DNA of 64,000 bases, from assembly GCA_021108435.1 (NCBI GenBank), contig JAIOQY010000209.1:3864-67863 (forward strand), written 5' to 3'. Under the pieces are notes generated by a model, which was given only the letters and a program-made list of their open reading frames with translations, searched no databases and was not told where the DNA came from. This document shows, one piece after another, positions 48,675 through 57,760 of this stretch (positions are counted from its first letter, which is position 1; each line of letters starts with the position of its first letter). The DNA is from Candidatus Aegiribacteria sp. (GTDB taxonomy: Bacteria; Fermentibacterota; Fermentibacteria; Fermentibacterales; JCC-6). A program made the translations under genes and the position numbers.

Positions 48675-49598
48675 GTGGTATCCTTCAGGAACAGAAGCGT
48701 TATATCCATAAGAGATATGTCACTGGATGATCTCATAAAAATCGTTGATACAACCCGTTTTGTGAAGGAATCCAATCCCCCCGACTTCATGAAGGACAAA
48801 ACCGTAGCAACATTATTCTTTGAGCCTTCCACAAGAACCAGGCTCTCCTTCGAATCGGCTGTTCTCAAAAGCGGCGGATCTGTTTTCGGTATTGCCAATC
48901 CTGGTTCATCCTCGCAGAGCAAGGGTGAATCCTTTGCAGATTCGATCAGGACTGTCGCCGGATATTGCAATGTAATTGTAATAAGGCATCCGGTAGAGGG
49001 AGCGGCAAGAATGGCTTCTGAACTATCTGATACACCTGTTATAAACGCGGGTGATGGAGCCAACCAGCATCCTACCCAGACCTTCCTGGATCTGTTCACT
49101 ATTAAGGAAATACTGGGTACGCTTGATGGACTGAAGATTGGAATAGTTGGCGATCTTAAATACGGTAGAACAGTACATTCACTCACACACGCACTCACAC
49201 TCTTTGGTGCAGAATTAACCTTCATCTCACCGCCTGCTCTGGCGATGCCGGAACATATGCTCAATGAACTTGATGACAGGAAGATTCATTACAGGAATAT
49301 GGAAGATCTGGAAGACGCTGGAAAACGTAATCTCGATATCCTTTATGTGACCAGAATCCAGAAAGAGCGTTTCGGTGATCCGCAGGAATACGAAAAAGTT
49401 GCGGGGAGTTACAGAATCACCAGAGAAACCATTGATATCCTGGGAAAAGATATCAGAATTATGCACCCGCTCCCGCGCGTTGATGAAATTGCGGAGGAAG
49501 TTGATGATCTTCCGAACGCATTGTACTTCACTCAGGCTCACAACGGGATACCCACACGACAGGCGCTGCTTGGCCTGGTGACCGGAGGTCTGGACTGA
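48675..49598 (+). CDS. pyrB: aspartate carbamoyltransferase catalytic subunit
   Basis: STRTRLSFE carbamoyl-phosphate motif, ...HPTQ..., HPLPRVDEI. 307 aa. Confidence 0.9.
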   Translation: MVSFRNRSVISIRDMSLDDLIKIVDTTRFVKESNPPDFMKDKTVATLFFEPSTRTRLSFESAVLKSGGSVFGIANPGSSSQSKGESFADSIRTVAGYCNVIVIRHPVEGAARMASELSDTPVINAGDGANQHPTQTFLDLFTIKEILGTLDGLKIGIVGDLKYGRTVHSLTHALTLFGAELTFISPPALAMPEHMLNELDDRKIHYRNMEDLEDAGKRNLDILYVTRIQKERFGDPQEYEKVAGSYRITRETIDILGKDIRIMHPLPRVDEIAEEVDDLPNALYFTQAHNGIPTRQALLGLVTGGLD

Positions 49599-50056
49599 TG
49601 GACAGAGCATACAAGGTTTATTCAATTCAGAATGGAACTGTCATTGATCATATTCCAACTCCCCTTGCTCTCAAGGTCATCCGAATACTTGGACTCGGAA
49701 ATGAAGGAATAATGACGATTGGCATCGGTTTCCGATCCAAGAAATACCCTGATGGTAAAGATATCGTCAAAGTAGAGAATCGCATATTATCTCATGATGA
49801 AACGGATATGATAGCTCTTATAGCACCCGATGCTACAATTAACATCATCAAGGACGGCGAAGTATTTGAAAAACGTCAGATTTCTCTGCCTTCTGAGGTC
49901 AGTGGTATTCTTGCCTGCCCAAATCCCAATTGTGCAACCAACAAACTGGGAGCGGAAAAACACTTCTTTCTTGAGGACAGAAAATCTGTTACATACAGAT
50001 GCAGATATTGTGAACGTGCAACTGTGATCGAAGCTGATCTGCTAAGCTCAAATTAG
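49598..50056 (+). CDS. pyrI: aspartate carbamoyltransferase regulatory subunit
   Basis: ...VYSIQNGTVIDHIP... N-domain and a C-terminal CPNPNC...CRYC zinc domain. ATGA overlap with pyrB. Confidence 0.85.
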   Translation: MDRAYKVYSIQNGTVIDHIPTPLALKVIRILGLGNEGIMTIGIGFRSKKYPDGKDIVKVENRILSHDETDMIALIAPDATINIIKDGEVFEKRQISLPSEVSGILACPNPNCATNKLGAEKHFFLEDRKSVTYRCRYCERATVIEADLLSSN

Positions 50057-50079
50057 TAAGAAACAAGGGCTAGAGCGTA

Positions 50080-50640
50080 TCAGATCATTCCAGGTGACTT
50101 AATTCTCAGATATCTGTCCCGTTCGCTGAAAACGCATCCGCAGTAAGGCTGCCTGTACATGCCGTTTTCTCTGGAAATTCTTACTGAATCCCTGTATAGA
50201 TCTCTGTAATCTCTATATACGAATTCCACTCCGGTATTGACCGCTGCTTTTTTTCCAGCTCTTTTTATCTGCTCCTGGTTCTGATATGGGCTGACAGACA
50301 GTGTTGTCGAGAACGCGGGCAATCCCATTTCATTCGCTTTATCCGCTGTCGCTGAAAGCCTGTCTTCAAAGCAGGCATAACATCTGTTCTCCGCCTCAAG
50401 AAGCATTCTTATGTTCTCCTCCAGGGGATATGCTTCTACTGTCTCAAGAGGAATTCCCTCTGAACCTGAGTATGTAGTCAGAGTCTCCAGTCTTCTCTGT
50501 CTTTCTTTCCATGGATGAATATTCGGATTGTAAAAGAAGGCTGTGATCTCGAAGCCCTCCAGAGAAAGCGCCTTCTGAACAACAGTCATACATGGAGCGC
50601 AGCATACATGCAGCAGCAGTGGAACAGACTTAACCTGCAT
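50080..50640 (-). CDS. queH: epoxyqueuosine reductase QueH (DUF208)
   Basis: LLLHVCCAPC N-terminal Cys cluster, ...CYAC..., ...YCGCVFS.... 186 aa. Confidence 0.8.
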   Translation of the reverse strand: MQVKSVPLLLHVCCAPCMTVVQKALSLEGFEITAFFYNPNIHPWKERQRRLETLTTYSGSEGIPLETVEAYPLEENIRMLLEAENRCYACFEDRLSATADKANEMGLPAFSTTLSVSPYQNQEQIKRAGKKAAVNTGVEFVYRDYRDLYRDSVRISRENGMYRQPYCGCVFSERDRYLRIKSPGMI

Positions 50641-50817
50641 ATCTCACCAGCAGTTCTACTGCAACGGTGCATAAGGCACTCGCATACTGCGTTATGCTCA
50701 GTTGGTCTTCCTTGAAGTATATACTACTATACGTCTGCGTCGACCTCCTTCGTATGCCTTGTCTGCGAGCGCTTCTACACCGTTTCGTTACGAACCCTGG
50801 TGAAATATACAGGTTAG

Positions 50818-51837
50818 TCACAATAGCAATTCTTCCTGACCCCTGTGATCAAGCCCCAGATGCCTGCATGCTTTTGGAGTAGACATCCTTCCTCTGCTTG
50901 TTCTGTTCAGAAATCCGGCTGAAAGAAGAAAGGGCTCGACGACATCGATGAGAGTATCCTGTTCCTCGTTCAGGGTTGCAGCTAGAGCAGCGACACCAAC
51001 CGGACCGCCTGTATACTGTTTTATGATTATCTGAAGATATTTCCTGTCCAGACTGTCCAGTCCGGCTTCATCGATACCATGAATATCCATTGCCTCAACT
51101 GCGACATCCTCTGTAATGGAATCCTTTTCTTCAACCTGCGCAAAATCGCGAACCCTCTTAAGAAGTCTGTTGGATATTCTGGGTGTTCCCCGGGACCGAA
51201 GAGCTATTGTCTCCGCTCCTCCATCAGTGATATCAATTTTAAGAATCGTTGATGATCTGCGAACAATTTCAGTAAGCTCGCTCGGAGTATAGAATTGCAT
51301 GTGGAGCGACAGGCCGAATCTGTCCCTCATTGGTCCGGTGATAAGCCCGGCCCTCGTAGTGGCACCAACTATCGTGAATTCGGCGAGATCAAGTTTTACT
51401 GTTCGGGCATGAGGACCTGGATCAAGAATAATGTCTATTTCGAAATCCTCCATAGCGGGATACAGGTACTCTTCGACAATTCTTGGTAATCTGTGCATTT
51501 CATCGATGAAGAAGATATCACCCTGCTGAAGATTGGTGAGTATTCCTACCAGATCAGCAGCTCTTTCAAGAGCTGGGCCGGACGCGGAAACAAAACCTGC
51601 ATTCATTTCGGTTGCTACTATATGAGCGAGAGTTGTCTTTCCAAGTCCGGGAGGACCGTGAAACAGAATATGATCAAGAGGTTCGCCTCTTCCGAGAGCA
51701 GCCTGAATGGCTATGGATAGTTTCTTAACTACAGATTCCTGCCCGATGTACCCGTCCAGATTCTTCGGTCGAAGAGAAGTAAGCGTGCTTTCGTCTATGC
51801 TCTCTGATCCGCCTGAAATAATAGACTCTCTGCTCAC
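50818..51837 (-). CDS. ruvB: Holliday junction branch-migration ATPase RuvB
   Basis: ...LFHGPPGLGKTTLAHIVA...IFFIDEMHRL.... 339 aa. Confidence 0.95.
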   Translation of the reverse strand: MSRESIISGGSESIDESTLTSLRPKNLDGYIGQESVVKKLSIAIQAALGRGEPLDHILFHGPPGLGKTTLAHIVATEMNAGFVSASGPALERAADLVGILTNLQQGDIFFIDEMHRLPRIVEEYLYPAMEDFEIDIILDPGPHARTVKLDLAEFTIVGATTRAGLITGPMRDRFGLSLHMQFYTPSELTEIVRRSSTILKIDITDGGAETIALRSRGTPRISNRLLKRVRDFAQVEEKDSITEDVAVEAMDIHGIDEAGLDSLDRKYLQIIIKQYTGGPVGVAALAATLNEEQDTLIDVVEPFLLSAGFLNRTSRGRMSTPKACRHLGLDHRGQEELLL

Positions 51838-52433
51838 TTTCTGCTCCTGATTCTCATAGCGTATTTAATCATATCCGGAGTATCAGCATCATCTCCCAGT
51901 TCTTTAACCGTTTCAGAAAGGAGAGTTTCAGCTTCAGATGACGGTATACCAAGCTGTCGAAGTACGGCTCTGGCTTCACCAAGAGCAGCTGCGTCCAACC
52001 TCGATGATGATAGGGAACCATAGGCTTTCTCCATCTGATCCTGAAGTCTGGCTACAATCTGCCTTGCCCTCTTGTTTCCTATTCCGGGAAGTGCGGTCAG
52101 ATAGGCATAATCCTCTGAAGCGATTGCGCCCCCTATCTCGAAAGGTGGTCTGGCCAATGCTTTTACAGCTGCTTTTACGCCTACTCCTGATACGGAGATG
52201 AACTGCTCGAAGAATTCTCTGTCCTTGATCTCTGGAAAACCCACAATAAGAGGTACTATGCGATTCCCTTCCATTTGAAAATGAAGGTATACAGGTATAT
52301 CCAGTGTCTGTCCCACTGAAACTCGTCTAAGGAAGAATCCCGGAGCAAGAATCGACAAGACAACGGGACCTGTCCGAAGATAGATGGTAGAATCACCCGT
52401 ATCTACTACTGTTCCTCTTATACTTTCTATCAT
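51834..52433 (-). CDS. ruvA: Holliday junction DNA helicase RuvA
   Basis: MIESIRGTVVD... OB-fold N-terminus. HhH ...ALTALPGIGNKRARQIV.... Confidence 0.85.
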   Translation of the reverse strand: MIESIRGTVVDTGDSTIYLRTGPVVLSILAPGFFLRRVSVGQTLDIPVYLHFQMEGNRIVPLIVGFPEIKDREFFEQFISVSGVGVKAAVKALARPPFEIGGAIASEDYAYLTALPGIGNKRARQIVARLQDQMEKAYGSLSSSRLDAAALGEARAVLRQLGIPSSEAETLLSETVKELGDDADTPDMIKYAMRIRSRK

Positions 52434-52923
52434 ACCGTTCACTTTCGTATGCAGCTATTGCAGCAGCAAGAGCGTCAGTAACATCATTAGACCGTATTTC
52501 TTCAGATATACCCAGAAGATGTCTGACCATACCAGCGACCTGCTCCTTGCTTGCCCTTCCTTTTCCGGTCACAAGTTTCTTTATCGTCGTTGAAGGGAGT
52601 GGAACAATCCGCAGATTTCTCCTCTGACCCGCAAGGCATAGCACTCCTCTTGCGTGCCCCATCTTGATGGCTGTGGCAGGATGCCTGTAGTGCGAGTACA
52701 CCTGCTCCAGTCCCATGGCCTCAGGATGAAAGGAATCGATAACCTCGATAAGACCTGTGTACAGTTCATCAAGTCTTGCGGGAAGCAGATCATCCGGCGA
52801 GGATCTTATCGTCCCTGCATCAACTAATACCGTGTTTCCTGACTCAAATCGAAGAACACCGTAACCTGTCGTACCCAGTCCGGGATCTATACCGATATAA
52901 ACTGGAGCTTCATCGGGATTCAA
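52393..52923 (-). CDS. ruvC: crossover junction endodeoxyribonuclease RuvC
   Basis: ...YIGIDPGLGTTGYGVL.... 176 aa. The 3' end overlaps the ruvA start by about 40 nt. Confidence 0.85.
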   Translation of the reverse strand: MNPDEAPVYIGIDPGLGTTGYGVLRFESGNTVLVDAGTIRSSPDDLLPARLDELYTGLIEVIDSFHPEAMGLEQVYSHYRHPATAIKMGHARGVLCLAGQRRNLRIVPLPSTTIKKLVTGKGRASKEQVAGMVRHLLGISEEIRSNDVTDALAAAIAAYESERYDRKYKRNSSRYG

Positions 52924-53652
52924 CTATTCTTCCCGAATCTCAAAATTTGTATGAACCGCCTGTACATCATCGCACTCTTCAAGTATTTCAAGGAGCTGCA
53001 ACGCCTTGCCAGCCTCTTTCTCGTTTAGCCCGATCCAGTTGTCAGGCTGCTTCGTGATCTCTGCGCTCTCTATCCTGATTCCGGACTCCAGAAGAACGTC
53101 CTTTACATCAAACACGTCCGAAGGTGAAGTCATGGCAATTATGATATCATCATGCGACTGAACGTTCTCAAGACCGAAATCAAGACCTGCTTCGAGAATC
53201 TGATCCTCCGTGTATTCAGCTCCGTCGATAGTTATCTGTCCAACTCTGTTGAACATGTAGGCTACACTGTTCCTTGAACCCAGATGACCACCGTGCTTGG
53301 AAAGAATGTGCCTTATATCCGCCGCGGTTCTGTTCTTGTTATCGGTCAGTACTTCAATAATAATCGCAACTCCGCCGGGACCATAGGCTTCGTAGGTAAT
53401 CTCCTCGTAATTAATACCTTCAAGGTCACCAGTTCCCCTTTTTATCGCCCTGTCGATGTTATCCGAAGGCATGTTGTGAGATTTCGCGGTTTCAACAGCT
53501 ACTCTGAGCCTCGAGTTTGATTCAGTATCTCCGCCGCCTTCCCTTGCGGCAACAGATATCTCCTTTACCAGTCTGCTGAATATCTTGCCTCTGACGGCGT
53601 CAGCTTTCTGCTTTTTATGCTTGATACTGCTCCACTTATTATGTCCTGACAT
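52924..53652 (-). CDS. yebC: YebC/PmpR-family transcriptional regulator
   Basis: MSGHNKWSSIKHKKQKADAVRGKIF.... About 243 aa. Confidence 0.9.
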   Translation of the reverse strand: MSGHNKWSSIKHKKQKADAVRGKIFSRLVKEISVAAREGGGDTESNSRLRVAVETAKSHNMPSDNIDRAIKRGTGDLEGINYEEITYEAYGPGGVAIIIEVLTDNKNRTAADIRHILSKHGGHLGSRNSVAYMFNRVGQITIDGAEYTEDQILEAGLDFGLENVQSHDDIIIAMTSPSDVFDVKDVLLESGIRIESAEITKQPDNWIGLNEKEAGKALQLLEILEECDDVQAVHTNFEIREE

Positions 53653-53744
53653 GCACATCTCCCGTCCGCATGAATTTATTATAACTCCATCAAAGCTATT
53701 ACAACATTAGATATCTACACCGCTCCGGTCAAGAAGATACATCA

Positions 53745-54437
53745 TCACGTATTATATCCGCTGCGCTTCAGAATATCGTCTGCGTCTTTTACCGCCGTAA
53801 AAGGAATATTTATATCTGTGCCGTTTATCCTGAAAGCACTTTCTGATTGTGTACATCCGATAGCGAGCACTTTTACGGAATGCACTTCAATGTTCAGATC
53901 TATAAAGGCCAGATAATCAGATTTCCAGACTTCGATCCCTACAGCAACACCACTCGCAAGTTTTGAAACATCTTCAGGGTCAATACTTCCACCGATCATC
54001 GGTTGGTATTTACCGTGCTGCAGAGGCTCCTGCGAGAATTCTTCCTCATTAAGCTTCACTCCGGTTGACAGTACAAGGCTTGTTGAGAAAGCGGGAAAGA
54101 TAATCAGATTTCTTCCTGTAACTGAGTATGTTTCAACAAGATCGGGATTCCCTCCATGGAATTCTCTGGACCCAATGATCGGTGTGGCTCTGGATTCGCT
54201 TCGCGTAATCCTTCTGAGTATATCAATGGTTGCATCAACCTTCCAGAAAGGGAGAAGAATTGTCCCGGAATCGTCATAACGAGTGAATTCTATTTCAACA
54301 GGAGCGAGTTTATCACCGGACACCAGGCATCTGCCGCATTCGGTACAGAAAAAGATAATATCTGTTGAAAGCCCATCAAGATCGTTTCCGCAATCGGGAC
54401 ACCTCAGGACAGTAATACTCAAGGATTTACTCCGCAT
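53745..54437 (-). CDS. MJ0042-type zinc-ribbon protein (paralog 1 of 3), no TM
   Basis: N-terminus ...RCPDCGNDLDGLSTDIIFFCTECGRC... (CxxC-x14-CxxC), then ...LLPFW.... 230 aa. Confidence 0.5.
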   Translation of the reverse strand: MRSKSLSITVLRCPDCGNDLDGLSTDIIFFCTECGRCLVSGDKLAPVEIEFTRYDDSGTILLPFWKVDATIDILRRITRSESRATPIIGSREFHGGNPDLVETYSVTGRNLIIFPAFSTSLVLSTGVKLNEEEFSQEPLQHGKYQPMIGGSIDPEDVSKLASGVAVGIEVWKSDYLAFIDLNIEVHSVKVLAIGCTQSESAFRINGTDINIPFTAVKDADDILKRSGYNT

Positions 54438-54454
54438 GTTCGAACTTCCTATGA

Positions 54455-55528
54455 CTATACAATAACTTCGCTCCCTTTTCCTTTAAGATTGCTGAGTATC
54501 TTCAACAGATGATAAGTTCCATACGCAAGTCCGGCCATGATCATAACAATTACAGGGATACAGCTCGATTGATTTCCAGAAATTGTGCTGTAATTCAATT
54601 TGCCGCCTAATACAAGATTAGCGAAAACCGGTAACAGACCGGCCCAGACAACAGCCATCGCGATTGTCAGGATTCTTTTGTCTTTATTCGATGAGGGAAA
54701 GCGACCACGCAGCACCTCACCTGATCGTCCATCAACAACAACCTGAAAAGTCCTGCCGTCAAATCTGAAATCAGTTACCCACAGCGGGTAATAGACAAGC
54801 ATTTCACGATGTCCGGAAATAAGAATGTACTCCCACCTTTCTTCAAGACCAAAACCCGCGCCGGATCCAAGTCTGCGAAGATATTTTACCGTCTGTACAC
54901 GTGCTTCAATAAGCGACACTATGGGGTTAACGAAGACACCCTCTCTGGACGCTTCATTCTCGAGCACTTCCAGACCATCCGGCAGCGTGTCACTCTGAAT
55001 ATCCAGCCCCTGGATAGAAAGCTGAGAATCCGCTGAAAGCGTGGGTATCCCGAGTGGTTCCAGATCGGCTCCACTGATGTTAACACATCCGGAAAACTGT
55101 ATCTCCCTCTCAACCGCACTGGAACCGGTTCTTGTCTTGATTTTCCTGACTGCAGATATCGTGTATCCGTACGATCCCTGTCCATTAGAACTGATAACAG
55201 GAATCTCAACATCTCGGAAAACTGGTTCCACACCAAGCAGATAACCGTTCACCTGCGCACTGCAATGCCAGAATGGAACAAAGTACAGAATTGGTCGACT
55301 GACCTTTGCACTCTCCGTTCCATGGGGATTAATGCTCTGAAGCTTCCTGCGAATGGACCTTAATACATCAATACTGGATTTCCTTGACGGCAGTACGCAT
55401 TTCCGTACAGCATTAGAGAGAAGAAGACTGCTTGAACAGCTGGGACAGACAGTGTGCGTATCCCCCTCGCAGATGTTCAGAAGCCCTCCACAGGATGGAC
55501 AGGTTAGCGCAAATGAAATCTTCTTCAC
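54455..55528 (-). CDS. MJ0042-type zinc-ribbon protein (paralog 2 of 3) with two C-terminal TM helices
   Basis: ...TCPSCGGLLNICEGDTHTVCPSCSS..., ...YFVPFW..., C-terminal hydrophobic helices ILTIAMAVVWAGLLPVFANLVLG and CIPVIVMIMAGLAYGTYHLL. Confidence 0.5.
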   Translation of the reverse strand: MKKISFALTCPSCGGLLNICEGDTHTVCPSCSSSLLLSNAVRKCVLPSRKSSIDVLRSIRRKLQSINPHGTESAKVSRPILYFVPFWHCSAQVNGYLLGVEPVFRDVEIPVISSNGQGSYGYTISAVRKIKTRTGSSAVEREIQFSGCVNISGADLEPLGIPTLSADSQLSIQGLDIQSDTLPDGLEVLENEASREGVFVNPIVSLIEARVQTVKYLRRLGSGAGFGLEERWEYILISGHREMLVYYPLWVTDFRFDGRTFQVVVDGRSGEVLRGRFPSSNKDKRILTIAMAVVWAGLLPVFANLVLGGKLNYSTISGNQSSCIPVIVMIMAGLAYGTYHLLKILSNLKGKGSEVIV

Positions 55529-56220
55529 TGCTTTTTCACCTTATTGATATATATTATACCAGCGATAACCACCAGGATTATGACAGAAAACCAGGTTCGG
55601 GAAAGCCACGATAAATCCATATTCGTAAGAAGCAGGAAAACGGGGATTGATACTGCCAATCCCACAATGAGAGTAAGAAAGAATAGCTTTTGCAGCTCCA
55701 TCTCTTTAGAAGCCGTATCATCCATAACAGGCGATTCTCCCAGAAGCTGTCCGGATACGGCATCTACCAGCACTCCCTCACTGTAACCTTCCAGCTTAAG
55801 CATGACGATATAGAACGGATGAAAAACAATTCTGACTGATGCATCGTCAATCTGATCTCTGTTAAATGGAATAAACTCACATGGTTCGGCTATACTTTCA
55901 TCAAATACCCTTCTGTCTCCGGCAGGAGGAGAATAATTCTCCAGGTCCTGCCATGGCTGACTGAAGCAGGGAATCAGAGTCTTGCCGGTCAATGACTGAT
56001 CCACCTCATAATATGGGAAATACTTCTTCTCCAGTGAAATAGCCATTCCAGGCGGAAAGAGACGTTTTACGTATTCTTCGGTAACAGAGGCCATAACGAG
56101 TTTCGGTGTATCAGCAGGTGGATCAACTACTATTCTTGCGTCGCAGTAAGGGCATCTGAGAAAGAAATCACTCTCAATAACCATGTGTTCCGCGCCGCAT
56201 TGTGTGCAGTTGATCTTCAT
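55525..56220 (-). CDS. MJ0042-type zinc-ribbon protein (paralog 3 of 3) with two C-terminal TM helices
   Basis: MKINCTQCGAEHMVIESDFFLRCPYCDARIVV. Two C-terminal TM helices. The start at 56220 overlaps the kinase stop and the 3' end overlaps the paralog-2 start (ATGA). Confidence 0.5.
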   Translation of the reverse strand: MKINCTQCGAEHMVIESDFFLRCPYCDARIVVDPPADTPKLVMASVTEEYVKRLFPPGMAISLEKKYFPYYEVDQSLTGKTLIPCFSQPWQDLENYSPPAGDRRVFDESIAEPCEFIPFNRDQIDDASVRIVFHPFYIVMLKLEGYSEGVLVDAVSGQLLGESPVMDDTASKEMELQKLFFLTLIVGLAVSIPVFLLLTNMDLSWLSRTWFSVIILVVIAGIIYINKVKKQ

Positions 56221-56221
56221 T

Positions 56222-57760
56222 TCAGATACCGTTTCCAGATCCTGTTTGTTTCGAAAAGTCTCTGCTCCAGACACATTTCCCAAGTGCTTCACATACAGTG
56301 TCTATTCCGAATGGTTTCTTCAGAAAGACAATGTTGGATCCTGATATCTCAGAAACATCTTCATCACTGCTCGTTACTACAATAACAGCCTTATCCGAAG
56401 GTATGGAATCAAGTGATATTACTTCTTCGGGGCTTAACAGCTTTGAATCAATGACAAGTAAATTGAATCTATCATCGGAACCAACTGTACTCAGAAGTTC
56501 CATATCCGAATAGGAAGTAGTCATATCAAAGACTGAACAGCCAAGACTTTTAAATATGGTAACCAGAATATCGGTATCCATCCCGATGTAACCTCCAATC
56601 GCAATCGATGGAATAACATCATTCGCGGTCTCTATTGTAATCCTATCCGCTACAGGTAAGAATACCGTAAATGCTGAACCTTTATCCTGTTGGGAATTCA
56701 CAATATAATGTCCCTGGAAGCTGTGCACGATCGAATAGACTGCTGACAGCCCCAGTCCCCTGCCCTTTCCCTTTGTTGAAAAGAATGGATCGAATATCGG
56801 GATCAGGTCACTTTCTGAAATCCCGCATCCATTGTCGACAACAGAGATCATGACATAATTCCCTGCGGGAATCTGTTCCATATCCTCTTCCAGCTCTATC
56901 CTGCATGAGGTGAGATTAACCGATCCGTTTCCTCCGGAAGCTTCAGCGGCGTTCAGCAGCAGATTCATAACAACCTGTTCCAGAAGATCCGGAGGAACTC
57001 CTGCATAACCGGTCCGATCAGGATATGCAAAGCTTAATTCTATATCCGGAAAGAGAGCTGAGAGGGTTCCAGTTGCGCTCTTCAGTACGTTTGCGACAAG
57101 GGCTATACCCTCTTTCGAATCTGCGCCAAGTTGCCCGGTTGACAGGCAGGAAACCAGCGAACTGATTTTATCAATCACTTCCTCCGCTTCTTTAATCGAT
57201 AGGAGGACGACGTTTCTGTCATTCTGACTCCTCCTGATCCTTGACATCCGAGCGAGTAATACCGTAAGCAGATCATCAAGGTTGTGTGCAACCCCTTCAG
57301 CCAGAGCTTTCAGAACCCCGAATCTCTGTACTCTCAGTGATACCTTATCTATTTGCCATCTTGAGCTTACATCTCTGAATACTACACTTCTGATCGTCCT
57401 GCGATCGGTTTTATCGTTCAAAGATAGATATACATTGCCTCTGACAATCCGCTCGGTTCCATCAGCTGAGATCAGAATAGTAGCAATGGGGAATGTTAAT
57501 GAACCATCATCTGTAACTCCATCATACACATGTTCGGAAAGAGGTTTACGGGTTTTCTGTATAAGAAATTTGCAGGCCTCCCATAAGGGTGTTCCGCATA
57601 CTTCTTCTTCACTGAAGCCGATCAGATTGGAAGCTTCCCGATTCGCAAAGGTTATCAGCTCATTCTCATCAAGCAGCACTACAGCATCGGAAACAGCTGT
57701 CAACATGGCTCTTATATCGGGTTTCAGCGGTGCTGTTTTTACCTTCTTTTTTGCTACCAT
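56222..57760 (-). CDS. soluble hybrid sensor histidine kinase (PAS-like + HisKA + HATPase_c + degenerate C-terminal receiver-like domain)
   Basis: H-box GVAHNLDDLLTVL. N/G boxes ...NLLLNAAEA...VVDNGCGIS...GKGRGLGLSAVYSIV. C-terminal ~130 aa receiver-like with KPF but no clear acidic pocket. No TM segments. Confidence 0.7.
   Translation of the reverse strand: MVAKKKVKTAPLKPDIRAMLTAVSDAVVLLDENELITFANREASNLIGFSEEEVCGTPLWEACKFLIQKTRKPLSEHVYDGVTDDGSLTFPIATILISADGTERIVRGNVYLSLNDKTDRRTIRSVVFRDVSSRWQIDKVSLRVQRFGVLKALAEGVAHNLDDLLTVLLARMSRIRRSQNDRNVVLLSIKEAEEVIDKISSLVSCLSTGQLGADSKEGIALVANVLKSATGTLSALFPDIELSFAYPDRTGYAGVPPDLLEQVVMNLLLNAAEASGGNGSVNLTSCRIELEEDMEQIPAGNYVMISVVDNGCGISESDLIPIFDPFFSTKGKGRGLGLSAVYSIVHSFQGHYIVNSQQDKGSAFTVFLPVADRITIETANDVIPSIAIGGYIGMDTDILVTIFKSLGCSVFDMTTSYSDMELLSTVGSDDRFNLLVIDSKLLSPEEVISLDSIPSDKAVIVVTSSDEDVSEISGSNIVFLKKPFGIDTVCEALGKCVWSRDFSKQTGSGNGI

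Noticed and set aside
50641-50700. preQ1-I riboswitch upstream of queH
   Set aside because: I could not find a P1 stem plus the A-rich tail consensus by eye. Only generic hairpins are present.
52393-52433. The ~40-nt overlap between ruvC 3' end and ruvA 5' end, as a sign of frameshift
   Set aside because: Both proteins are full length with conserved termini. Overlaps of this size occur in compact operons.
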